Assembly: GCA_046484865.1 (NCBI GenBank)
Contig: JAWOID010000014.1
Span: 1-22,378, forward strand
Length of the DNA stretch: 22,378 nt
Direction: 5' to 3'
DNA from: Candidatus Krumholzibacteriia bacterium
GTDB lineage: Bacteria; Krumholzibacteriota; Krumholzibacteriia; LZORAL124-64-63
The notes beneath the pieces were generated by a model. That model was not told the origin of the DNA. It did no database searches and saw nothing but the letters and a program-made list of their open reading frames with translations. Positions 9,055 through 17,358 of the stretch are shown here, piece by piece. The translations under genes were made by a program, and so were the position numbers. Every line of letters begins with the position of its first letter. Position 1 is the first letter of the stretch.

Positions 9055-10158
9055 TCAGGGCCTCCGGGCCACCTTCCTCACCTGCTCGACGACGAACTCC
9101 ACTTGCTCGTCGGCCAGATCGCCGTGCATGGGCAGGCTCACGAGCTGGTCCTGCATGCCGACGGCCACCGGAAATTCCTCCGGCCGGAGCCCCAGGTGAG
9201 CGAACGCCGGCTGGATCGGGCAGGCCACGGGATAGTGGATCCCGCAGCCGATGCCCTCGGCCTGCAGGTGCCCCATCAGCTCGTCCCGGTTCGCCACCCG
9301 GATGACGTAGAGATGGTACACGTGACGGCGCTCGGGAAGTTCCTCCGGCACCGCGCAGACGTCGGCCAGCGACTCGCCGTACCGGCGGGCCACCGCCCGG
9401 CGGCGCTCGGTCCAGGCGTCCAGGTGGCGCAGCTTCACCTGTAGCACGGCCGCCTGCAGGCCGTCCAGACGGCTGTTGGTGCCGACGAACGCGTGCTCGT
9501 ACTTTCTTTCGCTGCCGTGATCCGTCCACATGCGCACGCGATGCGCGAGGTCGGCGTCGCCGGTGGTCACCGCCCCGGCGTCGCCGTAGGCCCCCAGGTT
9601 CTTGCCCGGATAGAAGCTGAAGCAGGCGACCTGGCCGAGGGTGCCGACCTTGCGGCCGCGGTATTCGGCGCCGTGCGCCTGGGCCGCGTCCTCGATCACC
9701 AGCAGGCCGTGCCGGCCGGCGATCTCGAGGATCGGGTCCAGGTCCGCCGGCTGGCCGTACAGGTGCACCGGCACGATGGCGCGCGTGCGCGGGGTGATCG
9801 CGGCCTCGATACGGGCGGGGTCGAGGTTGTATGATCGGGGGTCACAGTCCACGAAGACCGGGGTCGCCCCGGCGAGCGCGATCCCCTCGGGTGTGGCCAC
9901 GAAGGTGTTGGCCGCCGTGATCACCTCGTCTCCCGGACCGATCCCGGCGGCCCGCATGGCGAGCTGCAAGGCGTCGGTCCCGTTGCCCACCCCGACGCAG
10001 TGCGCCGCGCCGAGGTACCGCGCGAAGTCCTCCTCGAAGGCTCGCGCGTACTTCCCGGCGATGAAGGCGGTGTCAGCGATCACCGCCGCCAGCGACTGGT
10101 CGATCTCGTCTCGGATGGTACGATACTGCGACTTCAGGTCGACGAACGGCACCTGCAT
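9055..10158 (-). CDS. DegT/DnrJ/EryC1/StrS family PLP-dependent sugar aminotransferase
   Basis: Motifs VPFVDL, NGTDAL, PVHLYGQ, IEDAAQAHG, FSFYPGKNLGAYGDAG (PLP lysine) and NSRLDGLQAA. Confidence 0.95.
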   Translation of the reverse strand: MQVPFVDLKSQYRTIRDEIDQSLAAVIADTAFIAGKYARAFEEDFARYLGAAHCVGVGNGTDALQLAMRAAGIGPGDEVITAANTFVATPEGIALAGATPVFVDCDPRSYNLDPARIEAAITPRTRAIVPVHLYGQPADLDPILEIAGRHGLLVIEDAAQAHGAEYRGRKVGTLGQVACFSFYPGKNLGAYGDAGAVTTGDADLAHRVRMWTDHGSERKYEHAFVGTNSRLDGLQAAVLQVKLRHLDAWTERRRAVARRYGESLADVCAVPEELPERRHVYHLYVIRVANRDELMGHLQAEGIGCGIHYPVACPIQPAFAHLGLRPEEFPVAVGMQDQLVSLPMHGDLADEQVEFVVEQVRKVARRP

Positions 10159-10238
10159 GGCCAGCTCCTTGCTTGGTCCACGATGTCACGCACTGGGATT
10201 CGGCGGACGTCTCGCCGCGAAAGCGCTGGGGCACGGTC

Positions 10239-10251
10239 TATCATGATAACA
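10239..10251. promoter_or_regulatory. Palindromic TATCATGATA, possible bidirectional -10 element
   Basis: Perfect 10-bp palindrome at 10239-10248 in the divergent intergenic region. It gives TATCAT on both strands, and the minus strand has an extended -10 (TG-T-TATCAT). Confidence 0.45.
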
Positions 10252-10339
10252 GTCTCCAGCGCCGATGCATAAAATCTTCGTCAGCGCCCCGGGCGGGTGT
10301 ACCTTTTCCTGGAGCCGTCACCCGGGAGAGAACCATAGC

Positions 10340-11434
10340 ATGCGCCGTCTCCGTCCAGCCCGATTCCGCACCGCCGCGCCCGATACCGCCACCGCGCGGA
10401 CGTGGGCCGCGGCCCCGCACCACCCCCGGCTGCGGCCGGCGGTGCTGGCCGGCGTCGTGCCGCTGGCCGTCCTCCTGACCATCGTCCTGACCGTCCCGGG
10501 AGCCCCGGTCATGGCCGAGCCGCTGCCGTTCGCCGCCGGGGACAAGGTCGTCAAGCCGGCCGTCGCGCCCGCGGCCCCGGCGCGGGTGGTCCTCGACTGC
10601 TCGGTGGCCGTGGACACGATCACCGTCACGGCCGCCCTGGTGGACACCCTGCGCGGCGACACGTCGGGCGGCGCCTCCCAGGCGGACGGTTATCCCTGCT
10701 CGCCCTGGCAGGAGACCGGTCCGGAGCACATCTACCGCCTCGAAGTGGCCGAGGAGACGGAGCTGCGCGCCACCCTGCTGGACCTCGGCGGAGTCGATCT
10801 CGATCTCTTCCTGCTGGATGCCTGCAACACCGAGGGATGCATCGGCCACGCCAACGAGGAACTGGCGGGCCGGCTGCCGGCAGGCACCTACTTTCTGATC
10901 GTGGACGGCTACCTGGGCGCGGAGGGGAGCTACGGCCTGGCCCTCGAGGGGCGCCACCCCGGCGTGCCGCCGGAGATCTGCGCGCCCAACGACTTCGTGG
11001 TCGTCGTGGAGGAGACGCAGAACCAGACCATCGAGTGGGCCGGCGATCTCGCCGGGCAGCCCAACCGCATCCAGGTCGACTCCTGCAGTCCGACCATCTT
11101 CGCCGGCGGCGAGGAGTGGTTCGCCGTGACGCTGCCGGACAGCGGTTCGCTGTCGGTGAACTTCACGGAGATCTCGCCCACCCTGGACGTGGCGCTCTGG
11201 CTGTTCGACGATTGCGGAACCGATGCCGCCTGCCTGGCGTTCGCGGACCGACACGCCGCCGGTACCGGCGAGACGCTGGTCTGGCGGAATCTGCTGGGGC
11301 GTCGGACCACCGTCTACCTGGCGGTGGACAGCTTCCGCAGCCCCCAGCCGGGAGCCGGCGCCTACCGGCTGGGACTCGGACTCGTGGCGGCGAAGCACCG
11401 CTCATTCAGCGACGTGAGGGCCCTCTTCCGCTGA
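10340..11434 (+). CDS. Secreted protein with two tandem Cys-containing PPC-like beta domains and a C-terminal sorting-like motif
   Basis: Likely start ATG 10340 after GGAGAG. Arg-rich n-region plus hydrophobic stretch (signal peptide). Two similar repeats: 'CSPWQETGPEHIY..DLDLFLLDAC..C..GTYFLIVDGY' and 'CSPTIFAGGEEWF..DVALWLFDDC..C..TVYLAVDSF'. Ends VAAKHRSFSDVRALFR. Confidence 0.75.
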   Translation: MRRLRPARFRTAAPDTATARTWAAAPHHPRLRPAVLAGVVPLAVLLTIVLTVPGAPVMAEPLPFAAGDKVVKPAVAPAAPARVVLDCSVAVDTITVTAALVDTLRGDTSGGASQADGYPCSPWQETGPEHIYRLEVAEETELRATLLDLGGVDLDLFLLDACNTEGCIGHANEELAGRLPAGTYFLIVDGYLGAEGSYGLALEGRHPGVPPEICAPNDFVVVVEETQNQTIEWAGDLAGQPNRIQVDSCSPTIFAGGEEWFAVTLPDSGSLSVNFTEISPTLDVALWLFDDCGTDAACLAFADRHAAGTGETLVWRNLLGRRTTVYLAVDSFRSPQPGAGAYRLGLGLVAAKHRSFSDVRALFR

Positions 11435-11491
11435 ACGCTCCTCGGCCCCCGCCGGCGCCGGCGACGCCACGGGGGCTTCCCGGACCGTGAC

Positions 11492-11520
11492 TTGATCCCG
11501 GGCGGCGCCTGGCTTAGGCT
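11492..11520 (+). promoter_or_regulatory. Putative sigma70 promoter of the top6B operon
   Basis: TTGATC-17 bp-TAGGCT, ending 52 nt upstream of the top6B ATG. Confidence 0.5.
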
Positions 11521-11572
11521 ACGTGCGCGCCGCCCGGCGCCCGACCCTCCGCCCAAGGAAGGAACCGCACGG

Positions 11573-13252
11573 ATGGCCGTTCCCGAGAAGAAGCGCGCTC
11601 GCCCGAAGCGCGAACGCACGCCCGGCGGCGTGGATGCCGTGACCCTCGCGGGCAAGCAGCGCGAGATCTCGATCAGCGAGTTCTTCACCAAGAACCGCCA
11701 CCTGCTGGGCTTCGATTCGCCTGCCAAGGCCCTCCTGACCACCATCAAGGAAGCGGTGGACAACAGCCTGGACGCCTGCGAGGAGGCCGGCATGCCGCCG
11801 CGGATCCGGGTGGAGATCCGGCCGGAGGCCGATCGCGCCGGCGCCCGGGTGAACGGCAACGGCGACGCCGCCGGATCCGACACCCCGCGTCCCGGCGGGC
11901 AGCGCGAGGAGAGATTCCGCATCATCGTGGAGGACAACGGGCCCGGGATCGTCGCCGAACAGGTACCGCGGATCTTCGGCAAGCTGCTCTACGGTTCGAA
12001 GTTCCACTCGCTGAAGCAGAGCCGCGGCCAGCAGGGCATCGGCATCTCGGCCGCCGGCATGTACGGGCAGCTGACCACCGGTCGGCCCGTCACCATCTAC
12101 AGCCGGCCCGGCTCCGGGCAGAACGCCCGCCGCTACCAGGTCATGCTCGACATGAAGACCAACGAGCCGGTGGTGCTCTCGGACGAGGAGACCATCTGGG
12201 AGGGGGTGGAGCACGGAACACGCGTGGAGATCTCGCTGACCGGCGTCTACAAGCGCGGCCAGCACTCGGTGGACACCTATCTCGAGCAGACCGCGATCGC
12301 CAACCCTCACCTGCACCTCACCTACGTGAACCCGAGGGGTGAGGAATTCGACCATCCCCGGGCCACGGAGGACTTGCCGGTGGAGGCGGCCGAGATCCAG
12401 CCGCATCCGTACGGGGTCGAGCTGGGGCTGATGGCGCGCATGCTCAAGGAGACGCGCTGCCGCAACATCAGCGCCTTCCTGCGGGAGGAGTTCTGCCGGG
12501 TGGGACCGAAGACCGCCGACAGCATCCTCGAGCGAGCCAAGCTCCCCCCGCGCAAGAACCCCAGGCGGCTGGTGCAGGACGACGTGCAGGCGCTCATGAA
12601 CGCCATCGCCGAGACCCGGATTCCCGCGCCGCCCACCGACTGCCTGTCGCCCATCGGCGAGGAACTGGTGATGGCCGGGCTGCGGCAGGGCGTGGAGGCC
12701 GAGTTCCACACCGCGGTCACCCGTCCGCCGGCGGTCTACCGGGGCAATCCGTTCCAGATCGAGGTGGGGATCGCGTACGGCGGCGATCTGCCCGGAGACG
12801 ACCTGGCGCAGGTCATGCGGTTCGCCAACCGGGTGCCGCTGCTGTACCAGGCGTCCGCCTGTGCGATCAACCGGGCCATCCTCACCAGCAACTGGCGCAG
12901 CTACGGGCTGCAGCAGAGCCGGGGCGCGTTGCCCACCGGGCCGCTGCTGATCCTGGTGCACATGGCGTCGGTCTGGGTGCCGTTCACATCCGAGAGCAAG
13001 GAGGCGGTGGCCCACTACCCGGAGATCGTCAAGGAGATCCGCCTGGGCCTGCAGGAGGCCGGCCGTCAGCTGCAGCGCCACATCCGGCGTCAGGCGCGGG
13101 AACGCGACGCCGCCAAGAAGCAGAATTATATCCAGAAGTACATCCCCCACATCGGTGACGCGCTGCGCGAGATCCTCGGCCTGGACGCGGCGGAACGCGA
13201 CGAGGTCGTGGTTGTGCTCACGGATACCCTGGAACGCAGCCGCAAGATGTGA
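11573..13252 (+). CDS. top6B: DNA topoisomerase VI subunit B
   Basis: EISISEFFTKNRHLLGF, GHKL motifs KEAVDNSLDA, EDNGPGI, SRGQQGIGIS and HGTRV, IANPH, H2TH (FCRVGPKTA), transducer YRGNPFQIE, RFANRVPLLY and VPFTSESKEA. ATG 11573 with an AAGGAAGGA RBS. Confidence 0.95.
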   Translation: MAVPEKKRARPKRERTPGGVDAVTLAGKQREISISEFFTKNRHLLGFDSPAKALLTTIKEAVDNSLDACEEAGMPPRIRVEIRPEADRAGARVNGNGDAAGSDTPRPGGQREERFRIIVEDNGPGIVAEQVPRIFGKLLYGSKFHSLKQSRGQQGIGISAAGMYGQLTTGRPVTIYSRPGSGQNARRYQVMLDMKTNEPVVLSDEETIWEGVEHGTRVEISLTGVYKRGQHSVDTYLEQTAIANPHLHLTYVNPRGEEFDHPRATEDLPVEAAEIQPHPYGVELGLMARMLKETRCRNISAFLREEFCRVGPKTADSILERAKLPPRKNPRRLVQDDVQALMNAIAETRIPAPPTDCLSPIGEELVMAGLRQGVEAEFHTAVTRPPAVYRGNPFQIEVGIAYGGDLPGDDLAQVMRFANRVPLLYQASACAINRAILTSNWRSYGLQQSRGALPTGPLLILVHMASVWVPFTSESKEAVAHYPEIVKEIRLGLQEAGRQLQRHIRRQARERDAAKKQNYIQKYIPHIGDALREILGLDAAERDEVVVVLTDTLERSRKM

Positions 13253-13305
13253 CCAACCGGAGCGCGCCGCGGCGTTGCCCGGCGCTGTCCAGCGAGGAGA
13301 GTGGC

Positions 13306-14850
13306 ATGCCCCGCCAGTCCACCAGCCCGGCCAGCACCGGCGACCTCCGCAGCCAGTACCGGACGCGGGTCGCGGAGATCCACAGTCTGGGCAGCGTCCT
13401 CAACCTGCTGAGCTGGGACCAGGAGGTCTCGCTGCCGCGCGGCGGCGTCCCGGCGCGGGCGCGCCAGCGCTCGGCGCTCGCCACGGTCGTCCACCAGCGC
13501 CTGACCGATCCGGAACTGGGCCGGCTGCTGGACGAGCTGGCGGGCGGGAAGCACGAGCCGTTCCTCGCCGCCGACCTGCGCGAGATGCGGCGCCAGCGCG
13601 ACCGCGCGGTCAAGATCCCCTCCGCGCTCGTGGCCGCCAAATCCGAGGCGGAGAGCCACTGTCACCAGGCCTGGGCCGACGCCCGCCGCGACGACACCTG
13701 GTCGGTCTTCGAGCCGCATCTGGCGCGGCTGCTCGACCTGAAGCGCCAGGAGGCCGAGGCGGTCGGGTACGAGACGGAGGCGTACGACGCGCTGCTGGAC
13801 GAGTACGAGCCCGGCGCCACGGCGGCCCAGCTCGCGACGGTGTTCTCCGAGTTGCGGCGCGACCTGACGGCGTTGCTGGCGGAGCTGGGTCCGGCCGCTC
13901 CCGGCGACGGCGCCCTCCTGAGCCAGGGATTCGCCGAGGACCGCCAGCAGGAGCTGAGCCGGCGCGTGCTGCGCGCCGTCGGCTACGACTTCGAGCGCGG
14001 CCGCCTGGACACCTCGCTCCACCCCTTCACCGAGGGGATCGCGCCCGGCGACGTGCGCATCACCACGCGCTTCCACCCGCAGGAGCTGGGCGCCGGACTG
14101 TACGCCAGCCTGCACGAGGGAGGCCACGCGCTCTACGAGCAGGGCCTGCCCCCGGAACACGAGGGCACCGCGGTGGCCCAGGCTGTGAGCGTGGGCATCC
14201 ACGAGTCGCAGTCGCGGCTCTGGGAGAACCAGGTGGGGCGCAGCCGCCCGTTCTTCACCTACCTGCGGCCCATCCTCGTCGAGCTCTTCCCGGACCAGCT
14301 GGGCGCGGCGTCCGAGGAGACGCTCTACCGCGCCGCCAACGTGGTCCGACCCGGCGCCATCCGCATCGAGGCGGACGAGGTCACCTACAACCTGCACATC
14401 ATCCTGCGCATGGAGATGGAGCGCGCGCTGCTGCGCGGCGACCTGCCGGTGGCGGAGGTCCCCGGGGTGTGGCGCGAGCGCATGCGCGACTCGCTGGGCG
14501 TGGTCGTGCCCGACGACCGCAACGGCGCCTTGCAGGACATCCACTGGGCCGTCGGGGTGTTCGGCTACTTCCCCACCTACACGCTGGGAAACCTGTACTC
14601 GGCGCAGTTCTTCGCCGCCGCGCGGCAGGCGCTCCCGGAACTGGACGCGCAGATCGCTCGAGGCGACTTCCAGCCGCTGCTGGCGTGGCTGCGCCGCGAG
14701 ATCCACGCTCGCGGCAGCCTGCTGCTGGCGGACGACCTCTGCCGGCAGGTCACCGGCAGCGGCGTCAGCCCGGCGCCGTTCCTCGACTACCTGCGCTCGA
14801 AGTACCGGGCCCTGCGCGGCGACTCCGGTGGCCGGGAGATCCGCTCGTGA
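13306..14850 (+). CDS. Carboxypeptidase, M32 (Taq) family
   Basis: LSWDQE, YDALLDEYEPG, GRLDTSLHPF, HEGGH (HExxH), HESQS, IRIEADE, LQDIHW and GYFPTYTLG. ATG 13306 has a GAGGAG RBS; an alternative GTG at 13249 overlaps the top6B stop. Confidence 0.95.
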   Translation: MPRQSTSPASTGDLRSQYRTRVAEIHSLGSVLNLLSWDQEVSLPRGGVPARARQRSALATVVHQRLTDPELGRLLDELAGGKHEPFLAADLREMRRQRDRAVKIPSALVAAKSEAESHCHQAWADARRDDTWSVFEPHLARLLDLKRQEAEAVGYETEAYDALLDEYEPGATAAQLATVFSELRRDLTALLAELGPAAPGDGALLSQGFAEDRQQELSRRVLRAVGYDFERGRLDTSLHPFTEGIAPGDVRITTRFHPQELGAGLYASLHEGGHALYEQGLPPEHEGTAVAQAVSVGIHESQSRLWENQVGRSRPFFTYLRPILVELFPDQLGAASEETLYRAANVVRPGAIRIEADEVTYNLHIILRMEMERALLRGDLPVAEVPGVWRERMRDSLGVVVPDDRNGALQDIHWAVGVFGYFPTYTLGNLYSAQFFAAARQALPELDAQIARGDFQPLLAWLRREIHARGSLLLADDLCRQVTGSGVSPAPFLDYLRSKYRALRGDSGGREIRS

Positions 14851-15539
14851 GCGTGCTGCCCCTGGACGACGCCGAGCGTCTCGTCCAGCAGCTAAACGCC
14901 GAGCGGGGGCCGGGACTCGAGATCCTCGAGGTCGGCTGCGGCCGCTTCCGGCAGTTGCGGTATCCCGGCACCGCGCGCCTGACCGGACTCGACATCAGCG
15001 AGGAACAGCTGCGGCACAACGACCGCCTGCAGGAGAAGATCCACGGCGACGTGCAGTCGTGGACCACCGATCGGCAATGGGACGTGGTCGTGAGCATCTT
15101 CCTGCTGGAACACGTGGACGATCCGCGACGGGCGCTGGAGAACATGCTGAGCTGGACCCGTCCCGGCGGGTTGCTGGTGGTGGCCGTGCCCAACGTCATC
15201 TCCCTCAAAGGGCTGGTCACGCGGTTGACACCGTTCGCCTTCCACCGCTGGTTCTACGAGCATGTGTACCGCCGACCCTACGCCATCTTTCCGACCACCA
15301 TGCGGTGGAGCATCGCTCCGAGGGCGATCAAGCGCCAGCTCGCGGGCCACCGCATCGCGCACGAGCAGTACGCGCAGGAGACGTTCGCCAGCCCCTTCCG
15401 CGAGACCTACCTCGCGCTGATCTGGTTGCTGAAGGCGGTCGCGCTGGGCCGCTGGCGTCCCGAGGATTCGAATTACCTGCTGGTGGTGCAGCGCAACGCC
15501 ACGGCGCCGGCCGGCGCCGTCGCCCCGCACGAGACCTGA
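14847..15539 (+). CDS. Class I SAM-dependent methyltransferase
   Basis: The real gene is the C-terminal part of track ORF 13155..15539, with GTG 14847 overlapping the peptidase stop (GTGA). Motif I ILEVGCG, LTGLDIS, WDVVVSIFLLEHVDDP and RPGGLLVVAVPN. Confidence 0.88.
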   Translation: MSVLPLDDAERLVQQLNAERGPGLEILEVGCGRFRQLRYPGTARLTGLDISEEQLRHNDRLQEKIHGDVQSWTTDRQWDVVVSIFLLEHVDDPRRALENMLSWTRPGGLLVVAVPNVISLKGLVTRLTPFAFHRWFYEHVYRRPYAIFPTTMRWSIAPRAIKRQLAGHRIAHEQYAQETFASPFRETYLALIWLLKAVALGRWRPEDSNYLLVVQRNATAPAGAVAPHET

Positions 15540-15555
15540 ACCGAGGACCCGACCC

Positions 15556-16935
15556 GTGGCACGACCGAAGGACAGAGACGACCAGGGAACCGCCGGGAAG
15601 AAGCCGCCGCGAGCCTCGCGCGGCAAGACCGGCGCCGGCGCCCGCCAGAGCGCCCGCTCGCCGGGGCAAAGGGACTCCGGCCCGGCGACGGCGCAGGGAG
15701 AACTGGGGTTCGGCGCTCCGCCGGCTGCGGGCGACCGCCCCCGGCGAGACGCCCCCCCCGCCGCCGGCCCCGGCGGTCGCGGCGCCGACCGCGGCGCCGG
15801 CGGACCGCCGCGAGGCAGCGGCCCGGCCGGAGGTCCCGCACGCAACATCTCGTTCAGTCCGGTGGCGCGACGCATCCGCACCGAGGCCACCACCATCCGC
15901 ACGTCCATCCTGGCGGGCCAGAAACCCGGCCTGAAGATGCCGCTGCGCTCGCTGCAGAACGTCACGTATCAACCCCAGACGGGCTACTTCAAGCTCAAGG
16001 GGCGGCTGAAGGAGCGCACGCTCACCGTGAGCACGGTGAAGACCTTCGCCCAGACCCTCAAGATGATGGCGCTGGCCAAGGAACTGGTGGACACCGACGA
16101 CATCGCCACCAAGCGAGAGGCGTACTACGTCTCCAAGAACTGGGCCGAGGCGCGCTTCAGCGAGCAGCCCGAGAGCGACACGGTGATGGAGGACGTGGAG
16201 GCCATCTTCGGCGTCAACCGCGAGCAGCTGGGCTTCGTGCCGGAGGAGAAGGGCGGCGACGTGGCGGGCCGCCTGGTGGTGATGGACCGCGACCGCGACA
16301 CCGGCGAGGAACTGGAGATCGACTGCACCCGGTTCGGCAGCGGCGCCTACAGCATCCCCATCTCGGTGGAGGATCTGCAGTTCCAGACCGACGCGGAGTT
16401 CATCCTCTGCATCGAGACCGCCGGCATGTTCCAGCGGCTGGTGAAGCACAACTACTGGAAGCAGGCCAACTGCATCCTCGTCTCGATGGGCGGCGTGCCC
16501 ACCCGCGCCTGCCGCCGCTTCGTCCGCCGGCTGGCCGACGACAAGGGGCTGCCGGTCTACGTCTTCGTCGACGGCGACCCGTACGGGTACAGCAACATCT
16601 ACCGCACCCTGAAGGTGGGCAGCGGCAACGCGGCGCATCTGAACGAGTACTTCTGCGTCCCCCAGGCGCGGCTGATGGGGATCACCCCCCACGACATCGT
16701 GGAGTACGAACTGCCGACGCACCCGCTGAAGGACGTGGACATCAAGCGGGCGAAGGATGCGCTCAAGAACGATCCGTTCGTGCTGCACCACCGACCCTGG
16801 CAGAAGGCGCTGCAGCAGATGATCAAGATGGGGGTACGCGCCGAACAGCAGGCGCTGGCGAAGCACGGCCTGAACTACGTGATCGAGGAATACCTGCCGC
16901 GCAAGCTGGCGGAGGTGGAGCGTTTCCTGCCCTGA
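15556..16935 (+). CDS. top6A: DNA topoisomerase VI subunit A (Spo11-like)
   Basis: TKREAYY (catalytic Tyr region), FSEQPESD, TOPRIM IETAGMFQRL, GGVP, DGDPYG (DxD) and RAEQQAL. GAGGA RBS precedes GTG 15556. Confidence 0.95.
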   Translation: MARPKDRDDQGTAGKKPPRASRGKTGAGARQSARSPGQRDSGPATAQGELGFGAPPAAGDRPRRDAPPAAGPGGRGADRGAGGPPRGSGPAGGPARNISFSPVARRIRTEATTIRTSILAGQKPGLKMPLRSLQNVTYQPQTGYFKLKGRLKERTLTVSTVKTFAQTLKMMALAKELVDTDDIATKREAYYVSKNWAEARFSEQPESDTVMEDVEAIFGVNREQLGFVPEEKGGDVAGRLVVMDRDRDTGEELEIDCTRFGSGAYSIPISVEDLQFQTDAEFILCIETAGMFQRLVKHNYWKQANCILVSMGGVPTRACRRFVRRLADDKGLPVYVFVDGDPYGYSNIYRTLKVGSGNAAHLNEYFCVPQARLMGITPHDIVEYELPTHPLKDVDIKRAKDALKNDPFVLHHRPWQKALQQMIKMGVRAEQQALAKHGLNYVIEEYLPRKLAEVERFLP

Positions 16936-16983
16936 TGCGCGCGCTCCCGCGCCTGCTGCTCGAGGCGACTCTCCTGCACGCAG

Positions 16984-17013
16984 CGAGGCCGCGACCCGGA
17001 GGTCGCGGCCTCG
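16984..17013. terminator. 13-bp perfect hairpin between convergent genes, probable bidirectional terminator
   Basis: CGAGGCCGCGACC-CGGA-GGTCGCGGCCTCG between top6A and the 60-aa gene; no U-tract. Confidence 0.6.
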
Positions 17014-17035
17014 TGCCTCGGCGGGATCGGTCGCG

Positions 17036-17218
17036 CTAGCCGCCGAAGTTGCGGTCGTATGTCCAGTCGTCGGCCGGGGAGCAGCTCTGTCCCGCCAGCG
17101 CGGCGGCGGTGTCGGCGTCGGCGTCGCAGAACCAGGCCTGCCCGCTGGCATCCACCAGGTAGCGCAGGTTGGGCTTGCTCTCGGCGGCGTCGTACTCGCT
17201 GTGAAGTTCCCTGTTCAT
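17036..17218 (-). CDS. Uncharacterised 60-aa acidic microprotein (2 Cys, C-terminal GG)
   Basis: Strong RBS AAGGAGGAG just upstream of the ATG, its own near-consensus promoter, a downstream hairpin, and protein-like composition unlike the shadow ORFs. Confidence 0.8.
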   Translation of the reverse strand: MNRELHSEYDAAESKPNLRYLVDASGQAWFCDADADTAAALAGQSCSPADDWTYDRNFGG

Positions 17219-17307
17219 GGTCGCTCCTCCTTCGTCCCCCCGGCTCGGCCGGTCGGGCGTCGGTCCGGTGAGGCGGCGGTGCCGCCTGTCTTGCGTCGAC
17301 TGACAAC

Positions 17308-17352
17308 AGGATAATATCGGTTTTGTTTAATGTCAAGGGTATTTTATGGACA
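17308..17352 (-). promoter_or_regulatory. Sigma70 promoter of the 60-aa gene with an overlapping imperfect dyad
   Basis: Minus strand TTGACA (17336-17331)-17 bp-TATCCT (17313-17308) in an AT-rich island. TGTCCA-N10-TTGACA forms an imperfect inverted repeat covering the -35. Confidence 0.75.
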
Positions 17353-17358
17353 TTTCCA

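Noticed and set aside
79..9444. Long plus-strand ORFs (79..1389, 1386..3671, 3794..5113, 4791..6356, 6428..7516, 7585..9444)
   Set aside because: Antisense shadows of real minus-strand genes. Stop codons are scarce in GC-rich DNA, and these translations contain no recognisable motifs.
13155..14846. Apparent 794-aa protein fused to the methyltransferase
   Set aside because: The upstream part is an R/G/P/A-rich alternative frame over the carboxypeptidase. The real gene starts at GTG 14847.
11573..16935. Topo VI genes as a defence system such as Wadjet JetD
   Set aside because: Both canonical full subunits are present and there are no SMC or kleisin genes nearby.
17036..17218. 60-aa protein as a ThiS/MoaD-type sulfur carrier because of the terminal GG
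   Set aside because: No beta-grasp-like sequence pattern is evident and there is no ThiF/E1-like gene in the window.
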